This document shows, piece after piece, positions 27,667 through 37,719 of a stretch of DNA of 38,027 nt; position 1 is the stretch's first letter; every line of letters begins with the position of its first letter. The translations under genes were made by a program, and so were the position numbers. The notes below the pieces were generated by a model. That model did no database searches, had not been told where the DNA came from, and saw nothing but the letters and a program-made list of their open reading frames with translations. The stretch comes from Flavobacterium sp. GTDB taxonomy: Bacteria; Bacteroidota; Bacteroidia; Flavobacteriales; Flavobacteriaceae. The DNA lies in NCBI GenBank assembly GCA_036386975.1, contig DASVUQ010000315.1, positions 1 to 38,027 on the forward strand, in the 5' to 3' direction.

Positions 27667-28056
27667 ATGAAAGAAATTAAAATTATTATTGAAAAAAGTT
27701 CCGATTCATTTGGAGCTTATTCCGAAAATGTACAAGGGATTTACGGTGCCGGAGATACAGCAGAAGAATGTAAAAATTCGATTTTAGATGCTATAGAAAC
27801 TTTGAAAGAATTAGAGAGTTGTCCTAGCGAATTAAAAGGAGAATATATAATAACATATAAATTTGATACAATTAGTCTTTTGAATTATTACAAAGGTATA
27901 TTTACTAATTCAGCTTTAGAAAAAATCACTGGGATCAATCAAAAACAAATACAGCACTATACAACTGGCCATCGTAAGCCAAGACCGGAACAACGCAAAA
28001 AAATAGAAAGTGCCTTGCATAATTTAGGCAAGGAACTTTTAGCTGTAGAACTATAG
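27667..28056 (+). CDS. hicB: HicB family antitoxin with C-terminal HTH
   Basis: IIIEK...FGAY...GIYGAGDT.EE partial RNase H fold; SALEKITGINQKQIQHY.TG.RKP HTH. Confidence 0.92.
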   Translation: MKEIKIIIEKSSDSFGAYSENVQGIYGAGDTAEECKNSILDAIETLKELESCPSELKGEYIITYKFDTISLLNYYKGIFTNSALEKITGINQKQIQHYTTGHRKPRPEQRKKIESALHNLGKELLAVEL

Positions 28057-28090
28057 GTTATTATTTGACACATTAATTTATTACTACAGC

Positions 28091-28120
28091 AAACCCCTCT
28101 TAGTAGAGGGGTTATTTTTT
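28091..28120. terminator. Terminator between convergent hicB and integrase
   Basis: aacccctct-tagt-agaggggtt followed by atttttt. Confidence 0.85.
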
Positions 28121-29390
28121 ATATAGATATTTTTTTAAGAATTTCATTTTTACGTTTGTTTCTACCAGTTGTATAAACGCCATGGGTTATTTTATCAGTT
28201 CTATGATTAGCTATTTCTTTTGCTGCATTAAAACTATCCTGTGCATAATCATCCTGCATCGAATCCAGTAAATCTAGAAAAGTATGTTTCATGCTATAAA
28301 AATCAGCTGTTATTCTTTCATATTCAAAATCATTTATTTTTTCTAATTCCGCTTTGAAATGAATTGCATCATTTTTAATAACGAGCTTCTTTTTTACATG
28401 GGTTCTCCAACGTATTGTAATTTGTTTAGATGAATTTTTAGTTAATCCTGGAACCAATCCATGAGAAAATAGATAATCCTCTTTTGATTTGCACATTTGA
28501 ATAATTTCGGACCAGAAAGGAATTGCATTTTGGATTATTATTTTTGTTTCCCATACGTATTGCTTTCCTTTTTTGATAAGCACATCATACTCTTGTTTAT
28601 CCAATCTGACATGCTTTGCCTGTACTGTGAATAGTTCAGTACTTCTCCCACCGGAATAAAAGAAAATTTTGCCATAGCGATAAAATTCGTAATGGTCCGG
28701 CCGTAGCTTGTCTAAAATCAGATCTACTAAATCTGTTTGCATGACTTCACGCTGATTTTTTACAATTGTCCTTTTTTGAATATCCCGCGTCAAGTTTATT
28801 TCGCAACACTCATACTCAATTAATTCTTTAAAGAGACTCGAAAAGTAGGCTTTAAATTTATTGAAGTAATTATCTGTTAAGTTTAGGTAGTCAAATATTT
28901 CTTTTAGTTCACTCCTTTTGAAATTACATATTTTGATATCGGTCATACGTAATTTTTTAACAGCCTTTTCAAATCTATTGATTGCGTATTCAATTTGCTT
29001 TAGATGTTGAGGAGATCCTTTGATCTTTGAATGAGACAAACGGAAAGCTTCAATGATTAATAAATCAGCGTGCATGGATCCTTTGGGTTTTTCAGGTTTT
29101 AAAGCAGTATATTTTTTTGTGTATGGATTATATCCTTTTACCTTAAGGGATTCAATTTCGTTGTCCAGTATAATCTTTGTTGCGTTCCGTCGATCGTCTA
29201 TAGTTTTATAGTCGTTCATTCCTTTAACAATAACCTGTTTCGGTTTTGGGAATTCAGGATCATAAAAATAATAAGAGATATACCAATCCTTTTTTAAGGC
29301 TGATTTGGTACAAGACTTCCAATTTGATGGATTAACAGCTGGTGTGCTCATGGAGCATCCGTTAGGTAGTGAGATTCTATTTCTTTTCAT
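28119..29390 (-). CDS. Phage tyrosine integrase (423 aa)
   Basis: GGRSTE (R), IKKGK (K), FYSMKHTF, ANHRT (H), GVYT (Y); probable start ATG 29390, as the longer ORF runs into the tRNA. Confidence 0.9.
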   Translation of the reverse strand: MKRNRISLPNGCSMSTPAVNPSNWKSCTKSALKKDWYISYYFYDPEFPKPKQVIVKGMNDYKTIDDRRNATKIILDNEIESLKVKGYNPYTKKYTALKPEKPKGSMHADLLIIEAFRLSHSKIKGSPQHLKQIEYAINRFEKAVKKLRMTDIKICNFKRSELKEIFDYLNLTDNYFNKFKAYFSSLFKELIEYECCEINLTRDIQKRTIVKNQREVMQTDLVDLILDKLRPDHYEFYRYGKIFFYSGGRSTELFTVQAKHVRLDKQEYDVLIKKGKQYVWETKIIIQNAIPFWSEIIQMCKSKEDYLFSHGLVPGLTKNSSKQITIRWRTHVKKKLVIKNDAIHFKAELEKINDFEYERITADFYSMKHTFLDLLDSMQDDYAQDSFNAAKEIANHRTDKITHGVYTTGRNKRKNEILKKISI

Positions 29391-29460
29391 TGTGTAGCTT
29401 TTTGTTAACGTTTTTATTAACGATAATGTAGCTACAATGCTGAAGTATGCTTTAATAAAT

Positions 29461-29495
29461 AAGCCGGAAGCCTTATGTGGCGTGACTTCCGGCTT
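29461..29495 (-). terminator. Hairpin directly downstream of tRNA-Asn
   Basis: aagccggaag-n15-cttccggctt perfect 10-bp inverted repeat. Confidence 0.7.
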
Positions 29496-29498
29496 TTG

Positions 29499-29572
29499 CT
29501 CCCCCTCTTGGGCTCGAACCAAGGACCCTCTGATTAACAGTCAGATGCTCTAACCAACTGAGCTAAGGAGGA
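29499..29572 (-). tRNA. tRNA-Asn (GTT), prophage integration target; CCA not encoded
   Basis: TCCTCCT/AGGGGGA acceptor stem, AGCTCAGTTGGTTAGAGC D arm, CTGTTAA anticodon loop, GGTTCGAGCC T arm. Confidence 0.97.
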
Positions 29573-29656
29573 AACTATATAGAATAACTAATAAAGAACG
29601 TTTTTGGAGGCTTATTGAAGATACAAAACCTGTAATTCTGATCTTTTAAGCGGTTG

Positions 29657-29687
29657 CAAATATAAAACGAAATTTGCGTTTCGCAAA
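29657..29687 (-). promoter_or_regulatory. Housekeeping promoter of tRNA-Asn
   Basis: Minus strand TTTG-n19-TATATTTG, the Bacteroidota -33/-7 consensus. Confidence 0.75.
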
Positions 29688-29714
29688 CAAAAAAACAATA
29701 AATTTCTAAAAAAA

Positions 29715-31061
29715 TTATTTCCCCGTAATGGCTTTATAAATGTCGTTACCATTCGCAAATAACAGTAAAGCAATAAGTAAAACAAAACCAACCATTTGGG
29801 CACGTTCCAGGAATTTGTCGCTTGGTTTTCTACCGGAAATGATTTCGTATAATAAAAACATGACATGTCCACCGTCTAATGCCGGAATAGGAAGTAGGTT
29901 CATTACAGCCAGCATGATCGATAATAGAGCGGTAATTGACCAGAATAATTCCCAGCTCCACGAATCAGGAAAAATATTATAGATGGCAGCAAATCCTCCG
30001 ACACCTTTATAGGCACCCGTTTCAGGATTAAAAATAATTTTTAGTTGTCTGCCGTAACCAGCTATCTGATTTACTCCTCTTTCGATTCCAACGGGAATAG
30101 ATTCAAAAAAACCGTACGTTTCTTTACTTACTTTATATAAGCCCAATTTCTCCAGGTTATTGGCAGGAAGCCTTTGCGCATAACCAATGCCCATTCGTGC
30201 ACTGTCAGACACTTTTAAAGTAACAGGTACTTCTTTATTATCTCTTTTTACAATGGCAGGAATGGTTTTTCCCTTTAAGTTTTTTATTTCAGTCAGTACC
30301 TGATCCGCATATTGCACCGGTTGACCGTTAAAACTAACAATAATATCATTTGGACGAACTGCATTTTTGTTCGGTGAATTATCTTCTGTTCCGGTGATTA
30401 CAAAGGGTACTCTGAGTTCTACTGCTAAACCCTTTTTCCCCTGCATCAACTGGTCTATGAAGTTAACAGGCAGTTTGATTTTTTGTTGCACTCCGTTTCT
30501 CTCAATATCTATTTCTTTTCCTAAAAAGATTTTTTCGTTCAGGTCATGGAATTTTTTAGTAGTAACGCCATCTACAGCAATAATCTTATCACCTGTTTTA
30601 AGACCGATTTTTTCTACTACCGGATTAACTACCCAAACGCCATCTTTTACTTCGGAGTTGTTCACATACAAATCCCCATAAATATAAGCCATTCCTATAT
30701 AAATCACAAAGGCCAGTAAAAAATTTACCGTAACACCACCCAACATAATAATAAGGCGCTGCCAGGCTGGTTTAGAACGAAATTCCCAGGGTTGTGGCGG
30801 TAAGGCCATTTGCTCCTTATCCATACTTTCGTCGATCATACCTGATATTTTTACATATCCGCCCAATGGCAACCATCCGATACCGTATTCCGTTTCGCCT
30901 ATCTTTTTCTTTAGTAAAGAAAACTTAACATCAAAAAACAGATAAAATTTTTCTACGCGGGTTTTAAATAATTTAGCAGGGATAAAATGCCCTAATTCGT
31001 GAAGTATGATCAGTAATGATAAGCTCAGTAAAAATTGAGAAAGTTTGATAACTATTTCCAT
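29715..31061 (-). CDS. rseP: RIP metalloprotease RseP (M50, PDZ domains)
   Basis: HELGH, LPLGGYVKI, NLLPIPALDGG; -7 element TATTTTTG at 31097-31090. Confidence 0.97.
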   Translation of the reverse strand: MEIVIKLSQFLLSLSLLIILHELGHFIPAKLFKTRVEKFYLFFDVKFSLLKKKIGETEYGIGWLPLGGYVKISGMIDESMDKEQMALPPQPWEFRSKPAWQRLIIMLGGVTVNFLLAFVIYIGMAYIYGDLYVNNSEVKDGVWVVNPVVEKIGLKTGDKIIAVDGVTTKKFHDLNEKIFLGKEIDIERNGVQQKIKLPVNFIDQLMQGKKGLAVELRVPFVITGTEDNSPNKNAVRPNDIIVSFNGQPVQYADQVLTEIKNLKGKTIPAIVKRDNKEVPVTLKVSDSARMGIGYAQRLPANNLEKLGLYKVSKETYGFFESIPVGIERGVNQIAGYGRQLKIIFNPETGAYKGVGGFAAIYNIFPDSWSWELFWSITALLSIMLAVMNLLPIPALDGGHVMFLLYEIISGRKPSDKFLERAQMVGFVLLIALLLFANGNDIYKAITGK

Positions 31062-31224
31062 GGAATATTATTAATTCTATAATTGCGGACAAAAATAGTG
31101 TTTTATGTTTATTTATTATCAGAAAACTATTTTTCGGCGTTAAAATGTCTGTTAATAATTAAAGTTACTATTATTAATTGTAGTGTTTATGTACTTTTAC
31201 TTTCCAATTATCAATATATTCCAT

Positions 31225-32286
31225 ATGTCTTCTTTGTTATTTTCCCCACTACAGATCAAGGATATTACATTCAAAAACAGGATCACCATTTCACCTATGT
31301 GCCAGTATTCCGCTCAAGATGGCTTTACCAATGACTGGCACCTGGTGCATTTGGGAAGCCGTGCCGTGGGCGGGGCAGGACTCATTATCCAGGAAGCCAC
31401 CGCTGTTTCCCCGGAAGCCCGGATTTCACCGGAGGACCTGGGGATTTGGGAAGATGCCCATATAGAAAAGTTGCAGGCCATTACCACATTTATATTAGAT
31501 CAAGGCAGTATTCCCGGGATTCAGCTTGCACATGCGGGCAGAAAAGCCAGTGTGTCTTCTCCGTGGAAAGGCAATAAAAAACTAGACACGGGTAATGGCG
31601 GTTGGGTTACAGTAGCACCAAGTACAATTGGCTATCATAGTGATGAAAGTGCTCTGGCATTGGATACAGCAGGAATGGAGAAAATAATAACTGATTTCAA
31701 ACACGCAACAAGAAGGGCTGTAGCGGCAGGTTATCAGGTACTGGAAATCCATGCGGCACATGGTTACCTATTGCATCAGTTCCTTTCCCCATTATCGAAT
31801 TTTAGGTCTGATGAATATGGAGGCACTTTTGAAAACAGAATCCGGTTTACACTTGAAGTAGTTGAAGCCGTACAGTCAGAATGGCCCGAAGACTGGCCAT
31901 TGTTTGTCAGGATTTCTGCTACGGACTGGGCAGAAGGCGGCTGGGACAGAGCAGAATCAGTACAGTTATCAGCTATTCTAAAAGAAAAAAAGGTGGATCT
32001 GATTGATGTTTCTTCCGGTGGACTCGTATCGCACCAGCAAATCCCAACGGGACCTAATTATCAGGTGCCTTTTGCTGAAGAAATTAAAAAAAAGACAGGT
32101 ATCTTAACCGGTGCAGTCGGATTAATCACGGAAGCATCACAAGCCGAAGCAATTATAGCCACAGGCCAGGCCGATCTGGTGCTTTTTGCCCGGGAGTCAC
32201 TAAGGGATCCTTACATGCCATTGCATTTTGCCAGAAAACTAGGCGTTACTGTAGATTGGCCCAGTCCATATGAAAGAGCAAAATAA
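31225..32286 (+). CDS. namA: NADPH dehydrogenase / NADH:flavin oxidoreductase (Old Yellow Enzyme, YqjM/NamA type)
   Basis: SPMCQYSA, QLAHAGRKAS, EIHAAHGYLLHQFLSPLSN; probable start ATG 31225. Confidence 0.92.
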   Translation: MSSLLFSPLQIKDITFKNRITISPMCQYSAQDGFTNDWHLVHLGSRAVGGAGLIIQEATAVSPEARISPEDLGIWEDAHIEKLQAITTFILDQGSIPGIQLAHAGRKASVSSPWKGNKKLDTGNGGWVTVAPSTIGYHSDESALALDTAGMEKIITDFKHATRRAVAAGYQVLEIHAAHGYLLHQFLSPLSNFRSDEYGGTFENRIRFTLEVVEAVQSEWPEDWPLFVRISATDWAEGGWDRAESVQLSAILKEKKVDLIDVSSGGLVSHQQIPTGPNYQVPFAEEIKKKTGILTGAVGLITEASQAEAIIATGQADLVLFARESLRDPYMPLHFARKLGVTVDWPSPYERAK

Positions 32287-32382
32287 AATGCAAAAATCAA
32301 AACTGCTTTACTTTCTTAGAGAATGCCCGGAAAATTTTTATGCCCCTTTCTTCCGCGGTTAGTTATTCATTTAAATAAAAAA

Positions 32383-34305
32383 TTAGTCTTTTATAAACTT
32401 CATCTTTTTAGTTCCTGCAGAAGTGGTAATGCTAATAAAGTGTATGCCTTTAGACAAAGTAGCAACATCCCAGGATGTGGCAGTTGTAGTTTCCTTTTCT
32501 GTTTGCCCAAGCACATTGTAAAACACCGCTTTTTCTACAATGATAGTATCATCAGGTAGCTCCAGCGTCAGAATGCCGGAAACCGGATTAGGATACAATT
32601 TTAACGCTGTTAACTCCAAGTTTTCGTTCCCTAAAGAAGTGGTATTGTCCCTGGAAATTAATTCTTTGTTAGGATCAAAGACAAAACCGGTAATCGCAAA
32701 AGGCACATCGGCTATAACAGTTTGTCCATTGGCTGTATTTTGTAAAACCAGGTCCAGTTGTTGCCCTTCGTTCCCGGAAACACGTATAGGTAAAGGCATT
32801 TCAAAAAAGCTGACCGAAGGATGCGATTGTGCTTGGTTTATCGTAAATTCTACCTTACCCGCAGCTATATTCCTTCCCGTAATGTTGTAAACAGGATATC
32901 CCTGATTATACACCCAATCATTAAAAAATTCTGTAAGGCTCTCGCCATAAACAGATTCGAGATGTGATTTTAAATTTGCCGTTGTGGCATACTTGTAAGC
33001 TAAAGCAGGATCTGCAAGATAATTTTTTATAGCCTGAAAAAATTTGACATCCCCTAGTTTAAACCGTAGCATATTAATAACCATAGCCCCTTTGTTGTAA
33101 CTTAACCTTGGACTGAAAATACGGTCAACATCAGTAAGCTGTTGATCTGTAAGGTACACATTACCTCCCGGCTGTGATGTAATAGAATTGATCATATTGT
33201 TTTTGGCAACTACAAAGGCAGCATTGCCGTCAAGATGTGCAATTATCATAGAAGCAAGATATGTAGCAAAGCCTTCGTTGAGCCAGATATCGTTCCAGCT
33301 TGCGCAGGTAACTTTATCGCCAAACCATTGGTGTGCCAGTTCGTGGGCTATAAGCGATCGCTCAAAACTACCCATAAACGAAACCGTAGTATGTTCCATA
33401 CCACCGCCCCATTCAAATTGCGCATGGCCATATTTTTCATTAGAAAAAGGATATCTTTCAAAAGTGCTTTCAAAAAAATTCATAATAGGCAACGTAACGG
33501 CTAATTGGGCTTGTGCCGATGTTAAATTTTCCGGATAAATATAATTCACAATAGGAAACGTATTAGGAGCAGTTCCGGCCTGTTGTGTAAAAATGCTGTA
33601 ATTGGTTACTGCAATAGCAATCAGATAAGCAGGAATAGGATAATTATGTTTAAAATGGGTGGTTTTAGTTCCATTGCCATTATCTACAACAGCCTGTTGA
33701 ATACCGTTAGAAACACTAACATATTGTGATGGCGCATTAATATAAACGTCGATACTATCTACTTTATCATTCAGGTCCTGTTTACAAGGCCACCAGTCCC
33801 TGGCGCCGTAGGGTTCAGATAATGTGTATAAAATAGGTGTCTCTGAAGGTGTATTAGAACGATTAAACCCTCCTTGACCACTAGCCGGGGCTCCGGAATA
33901 GGTAATCACCACGGTAGCATTTGTCCCGGCAATTTGTGTTTCAGGCAATGTTATAACCAATTCGTTATTGTTATTCTGGATAAATGCCAATGCAATGTTG
34001 TTTTTTTTAACACTACTAACAGTTAATTGATTCGTAAGGTCAAAAGTAACTGTTGCCATATCAGATAATGCCCTGTACGTAGTAGTTACCACACCGGAGA
34101 TAAAATAAGAAGCCGGATTTACGGCAAATTCTAATTTATGATAGGCAATATCATAATTGGACGTGTTGGGATTGGCTACAAAATTAATTTTAGAAGCACC
34201 TGCTTTTCGTTCTGCATGTGCAATTCCTTCTGTTGCCGAAACAGTATCCTGAGCTGAGCAGGCAGCAACAGAAAATAGGAACATAAATAAATAGGTCAGT
34301 TTCAT
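32383..34305 (-). CDS. M1 family aminopeptidase with T9SS C-terminal sorting domain
   Basis: GGMEH, HELAHQWFG...WLNEGFATY, YNKG; C-terminal LYPNP...KKMKFIKD; -7 element TACTTTTG at 34329-34322. Confidence 0.95.
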   Translation of the reverse strand: MKLTYLFMFLFSVAACSAQDTVSATEGIAHAERKAGASKINFVANPNTSNYDIAYHKLEFAVNPASYFISGVVTTTYRALSDMATVTFDLTNQLTVSSVKKNNIALAFIQNNNNELVITLPETQIAGTNATVVITYSGAPASGQGGFNRSNTPSETPILYTLSEPYGARDWWPCKQDLNDKVDSIDVYINAPSQYVSVSNGIQQAVVDNGNGTKTTHFKHNYPIPAYLIAIAVTNYSIFTQQAGTAPNTFPIVNYIYPENLTSAQAQLAVTLPIMNFFESTFERYPFSNEKYGHAQFEWGGGMEHTTVSFMGSFERSLIAHELAHQWFGDKVTCASWNDIWLNEGFATYLASMIIAHLDGNAAFVVAKNNMINSITSQPGGNVYLTDQQLTDVDRIFSPRLSYNKGAMVINMLRFKLGDVKFFQAIKNYLADPALAYKYATTANLKSHLESVYGESLTEFFNDWVYNQGYPVYNITGRNIAAGKVEFTINQAQSHPSVSFFEMPLPIRVSGNEGQQLDLVLQNTANGQTVIADVPFAITGFVFDPNKELISRDNTTSLGNENLELTALKLYPNPVSGILTLELPDDTIIVEKAVFYNVLGQTEKETTTATSWDVATLSKGIHFISITTSAGTKKMKFIKD

Positions 34306-34598
34306 TGGAGTGAATTTGTTTCAAAAGTAGAAAATATTAATTTAAAATCATATTCAGATTATTAACAGGTAGAAGTCCGGAAGATATAATATTATAATAA
34401 TCTACAGAGTTATTAATTTAAATTCCGAATCATAGATGTTTTAAATACGGAATTATGGATCATTTCCAGGGTTGCTGCGAAACAACCTGAACTTTAGCCA
34501 TCGGGTAGCAGGTTATAAATGTTATAATAATTCTGTAGCATTTCTAAACTTAGGTGATAAAGAGTTGATGCTGTATGAGAACTTTGTCCCTTGCAATC

Positions 34599-34630
34599 AT
34601 TGCAACTTTAAAACATAAAAAGTATCTTTG
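34599..34630 (+). promoter_or_regulatory. Promoter of the pfkB-family kinase gene
   Basis: TTG-n20-TATCTTTG. Confidence 0.65.
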
Positions 34631-34653
34631 CACCTCAATTTGAAATTCAAAAA

Positions 34654-35580
34654 ATGAATAAACTATTAATTGTCGGAACCGTGGCTTTCGATGCTATTGA
34701 AACCCCTTTTGGTAAAACAGATAAAATTCTGGGAGGAGCGGGAACCTATATCGGGCTTTCTGCTTCTCATTTTAATTTACAATCTGCCATTGTTTCTGTA
34801 GTTGGCGACGATTTTCCGCAAGAATATTTAGATTTACTCACAGATAAAAACATAGATGTTTCGGGTGTTGAGGTTGTAAAAGGCGGTAAAACTTTTTTCT
34901 GGAGCGGCCGCTACCATAACGATCTTAATTCCAGGGACACTTTAGATACACAACTTAATGTTTTAGCAGATTTTGAGCCTAAAGTACCTCAGCATTTTAA
35001 AAATGCCGATGTAGTCATGTTAGGCAACCTGCATCCGCTGGTACAAAGCAGTGTGCTGGACCAGATGGAAATACGGCCTAAGTTAGTCATATTGGATACC
35101 ATGAATTTCTGGATGGACTGCGCCTTGCCGGAATTATTACAGATCATCAGGCGTATTGATGTAATCACCATTAATGATGAAGAAGCACGCCAGCTTTCAG
35201 GAGAATACTCCCTTGTAAAAGCAGCAGCAAAAATCCATACTATGGGCCCTAAGTATGTAGTGATTAAAAAAGGGGAACACGGAGCACTATTATTTCAGGA
35301 TAAAAATGTCTTTTTTGCACCGGCATTACCATTAGAAGAAGTTTTTGATCCAACAGGAGCGGGTGATACTTTCGCAGGCGGGTTTGCCGGATTTATTACG
35401 CAAAGCGAGAATATATCGTTTGAAAATATGAAGAGTGCCATTATCCAGGGTTCTAATTTAGCGTCGTTTTGTGTCGAGAAATTCGGCACAGAAAGAATGG
35501 CCGGACTTAAAAAGGAAGAGGTACACGAGCGGTTACAACAATTTAAAGCATTAACACAATTTGACATTGAAATAGAATAA
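34654..35580 (+). CDS. PfkB/ribokinase-family carbohydrate or nucleoside kinase
   Basis: GGAGT, VGDDF, INDEEA, DPTGAGDTFAGGF signature. Confidence 0.93.
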   Translation: MNKLLIVGTVAFDAIETPFGKTDKILGGAGTYIGLSASHFNLQSAIVSVVGDDFPQEYLDLLTDKNIDVSGVEVVKGGKTFFWSGRYHNDLNSRDTLDTQLNVLADFEPKVPQHFKNADVVMLGNLHPLVQSSVLDQMEIRPKLVILDTMNFWMDCALPELLQIIRRIDVITINDEEARQLSGEYSLVKAAAKIHTMGPKYVVIKKGEHGALLFQDKNVFFAPALPLEEVFDPTGAGDTFAGGFAGFITQSENISFENMKSAIIQGSNLASFCVEKFGTERMAGLKKEEVHERLQQFKALTQFDIEIE

Positions 35581-35587
35581 AAAAGAT

Positions 35588-35612
35588 GCCCCGAAATTGT
35601 CGGGGCTTTTTT
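35588..35612 (+). terminator. Terminator after the kinase gene
   Basis: gccccga-aattg-tcggggc followed by tttttt. Confidence 0.8.
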
Positions 35613-35666
35613 GTTTACATCAAATTGAGAATAAGAAATACAACAACAAACACAAACACCACTACA

Positions 35667-37565
35667 ATGAGCGACGCAATCAAACACGAATGTGGAATAG
35701 CTTTTTTAAGATTATTAAAACCACTGGAATTTTATAAAGAAAAATATGGTTCTGCTTTCTACGGGATACAAAAAATGTACCTGCTTATGGAAAAGCAACA
35801 TAACCGCGGACAGGATGGTGCCGGATTTGCTTCTATAAAACTCGATGTTACCCCTGGCGAAAGGTACATCAGCCGGGTCCGTTCTATCGATGCACAACCC
35901 ATACAGGACGTATTTGCACAAATTAATTCCCGTATCAACGAAGAAATGGCCTTACACCCGGAATATGCAGATGATGTGGCACTACAAAAAGCCAATATCC
36001 CATACATAGGAGAAGTATTCTTAGGACATGTGCGCTACGGGACTTTTGGAAAAAACAGTATTGAAAGTGTGCACCCTTTCCTGAGACAAAACAACTGGAT
36101 GCACCGTAACTTAATTGTAGCCGGGAATTTCAATATGACCAATGTGACAGAGCTTTTTAATAGTCTTATCGAACTGGGGCAGCATCCTAAAGAAATGGCC
36201 GATACGGTTACCGTTATGGAAAAGATAGGGCATTTCCTGGACGATGAAGTAACCGATTTGTATCAGGAATGCAAAAATAACGGATTGTCAAAAAGAGAAG
36301 CTTCTCCTGTAATAGCAGAAAAACTCGAAGTGGCTAAAATACTAAGGCGGGCATCAAAAGGCTGGGATGGTGGTTATGCTATGGCCGGGCTTTTTGGCCA
36401 TGGGGATGCTTTTGTATTCCGTGACCCTGCCGGGATCCGGCCCGCTTATTTTTATCAGGATGATGAGATTGTTGTGGTAGCATCGGAGCGCCCGGCGATC
36501 CAGACAGTTTTTAATATAAATTTTGAAAAAGTACATGAACTGCAACCCGGTAAGGCATTAATCATTAAAAAAAACGGAAAGGTAACAGAAGAAGAAATTA
36601 TTGCCCCAACAGAAAAAAAAGCCTGTTCTTTTGAGCGTATTTATTTTTCGCGTGGTAATGATGCTGAAATTTATCAGGAAAGAAAACAACTGGGAAGGCT
36701 AATTTTGCCTGCCGTTCTGGAAGCTATCGATAACGATACGGACAATACTGTCTTTTCCTATATCCCGAATACGGCTGAAACTTCTTTTTATGGAATGGTA
36801 GAAGCAGCACAGGACTTTTTAAACCAAAGAAAAAATAAATTTATACTCGATAACCGTAAGACCCTCACAGCGGAAACACTTCAGGAACTACTTGCGGTAA
36901 AAATACGTACAGAGAAAGTAGCTATCAAAGATGCGAAGCTAAGGACCTTTATAACTGAAGACAGTAGCAGGGACGATCTGGTAGCCCATGTATATGACGT
37001 TACTCATGGTGTTATTAAACCAACAGACACCCTTGTTATTATTGATGACAGTATTGTCCGTGGCACGACTTTAAAAATGAGCATTATTAAAATGATGGAC
37101 CGCCTTGCCCCAAAACGCATTGTTGTGGTTTCCTCTGCACCACAAATCCGTTATCCGGACTGTTACGGAATTGATATGGCAAAATTAGAAGGCCTTGTAG
37201 CTTTCAGGGCCGCATTAGAGTTATTAAAGGAAAGGAATATGTATACTATTGTGGATGAAGTATATATTAAATGTAAAGCACAGGAAAAATTTAAAGATAA
37301 AGAAGTGGTCAACTTTGTAACCGAAATTTATGCACCGTTCACGCCACAAGAACTATCGGATAAAATTGCACAGATGCTAAGTTCACCTGAAATAAAAGCA
37401 GAAGTAAAAATTATCTTCCAAACCGTTGAAAATTTAAATATAGCCTGCCCTAAAAATCTTGGTGATTGGTATTTTACGGGAAATTATCCAACGCCTGGAG
37501 GTAACAGAGTGGTTAATAAAGCATTTATGAACTTCTACGAGGGCAAGGATGCAAGAGCATATTAA
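35667..37565 (+). CDS. purF: Amidophosphoribosyltransferase (long Bacteroidota form)
   Basis: MSDAIKHE-CGIA propeptide/N-terminal Cys, QHNRGQDGAG, GHVRYGT, CSFERIYF, IIDDSIVRGTT PRPP motif; start ATG 35667. Confidence 0.93.
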   Translation: MSDAIKHECGIAFLRLLKPLEFYKEKYGSAFYGIQKMYLLMEKQHNRGQDGAGFASIKLDVTPGERYISRVRSIDAQPIQDVFAQINSRINEEMALHPEYADDVALQKANIPYIGEVFLGHVRYGTFGKNSIESVHPFLRQNNWMHRNLIVAGNFNMTNVTELFNSLIELGQHPKEMADTVTVMEKIGHFLDDEVTDLYQECKNNGLSKREASPVIAEKLEVAKILRRASKGWDGGYAMAGLFGHGDAFVFRDPAGIRPAYFYQDDEIVVVASERPAIQTVFNINFEKVHELQPGKALIIKKNGKVTEEEIIAPTEKKACSFERIYFSRGNDAEIYQERKQLGRLILPAVLEAIDNDTDNTVFSYIPNTAETSFYGMVEAAQDFLNQRKNKFILDNRKTLTAETLQELLAVKIRTEKVAIKDAKLRTFITEDSSRDDLVAHVYDVTHGVIKPTDTLVIIDDSIVRGTTLKMSIIKMMDRLAPKRIVVVSSAPQIRYPDCYGIDMAKLEGLVAFRAALELLKERNMYTIVDEVYIKCKAQEKFKDKEVVNFVTEIYAPFTPQELSDKIAQMLSSPEIKAEVKIIFQTVENLNIACPKNLGDWYFTGNYPTPGGNRVVNKAFMNFYEGKDARAY

Positions 37566-37688
37566 ATCTAAAAGGTATTTTATCGATAATTAAAGTAGTT
37601 GATGTGATTTATTTGTATCCTATATTTTTCTACCATACGTTTACAGCTCCATATAATTAGTAGGTTAAGTTTATGGTAGATTTGGGGC

Positions 37689-37719
37689 AAAAAGGTGAAA
37701 GCAATTTCACCTTTTTTTT
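37689..37719 (+). terminator. Strong terminator downstream of purF
   Basis: aaaaaggtgaaa-gcaa-tttcaccttttt plus T run. Confidence 0.88.

Larger units (their letters stand above)
1..29520. mobile_element. Prophage (siphovirus-like, Flavobacterium), right part; integrated at the 3' end of tRNA-Asn; left end lies outside the window
   Basis: Contiguous packaging-head-tail-lysis gene order followed by a tyrosine integrase adjacent to a tRNA 3' end; host housekeeping genes resume beyond the tRNA. The duplicated att core cannot be seen because the other junction is outside the window. Confidence 0.95.

Noticed and set aside
29391-29522. N-terminal extension of the integrase in the ORF track
   Set aside because: Runs through the tRNA 3' end and its hairpin; ATG 29390 is the plausible start
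34460-34520. Possible riboswitch upstream of the pfkB-family gene
   Set aside because: Only short alternative stems (ggttg/caacc, aacctg/caggtt); no recognisable aptamer consensus, and it lies upstream of the predicted promoter
1473-36545. Numerous antisense or nested ORFs in the track (e.g. 1473-1895, 2580-2993, 10084-10467, 22909-23394, 33188-33538, 35295-35687)
   Set aside because: Shadows of well-supported genes with no recognisable motifs
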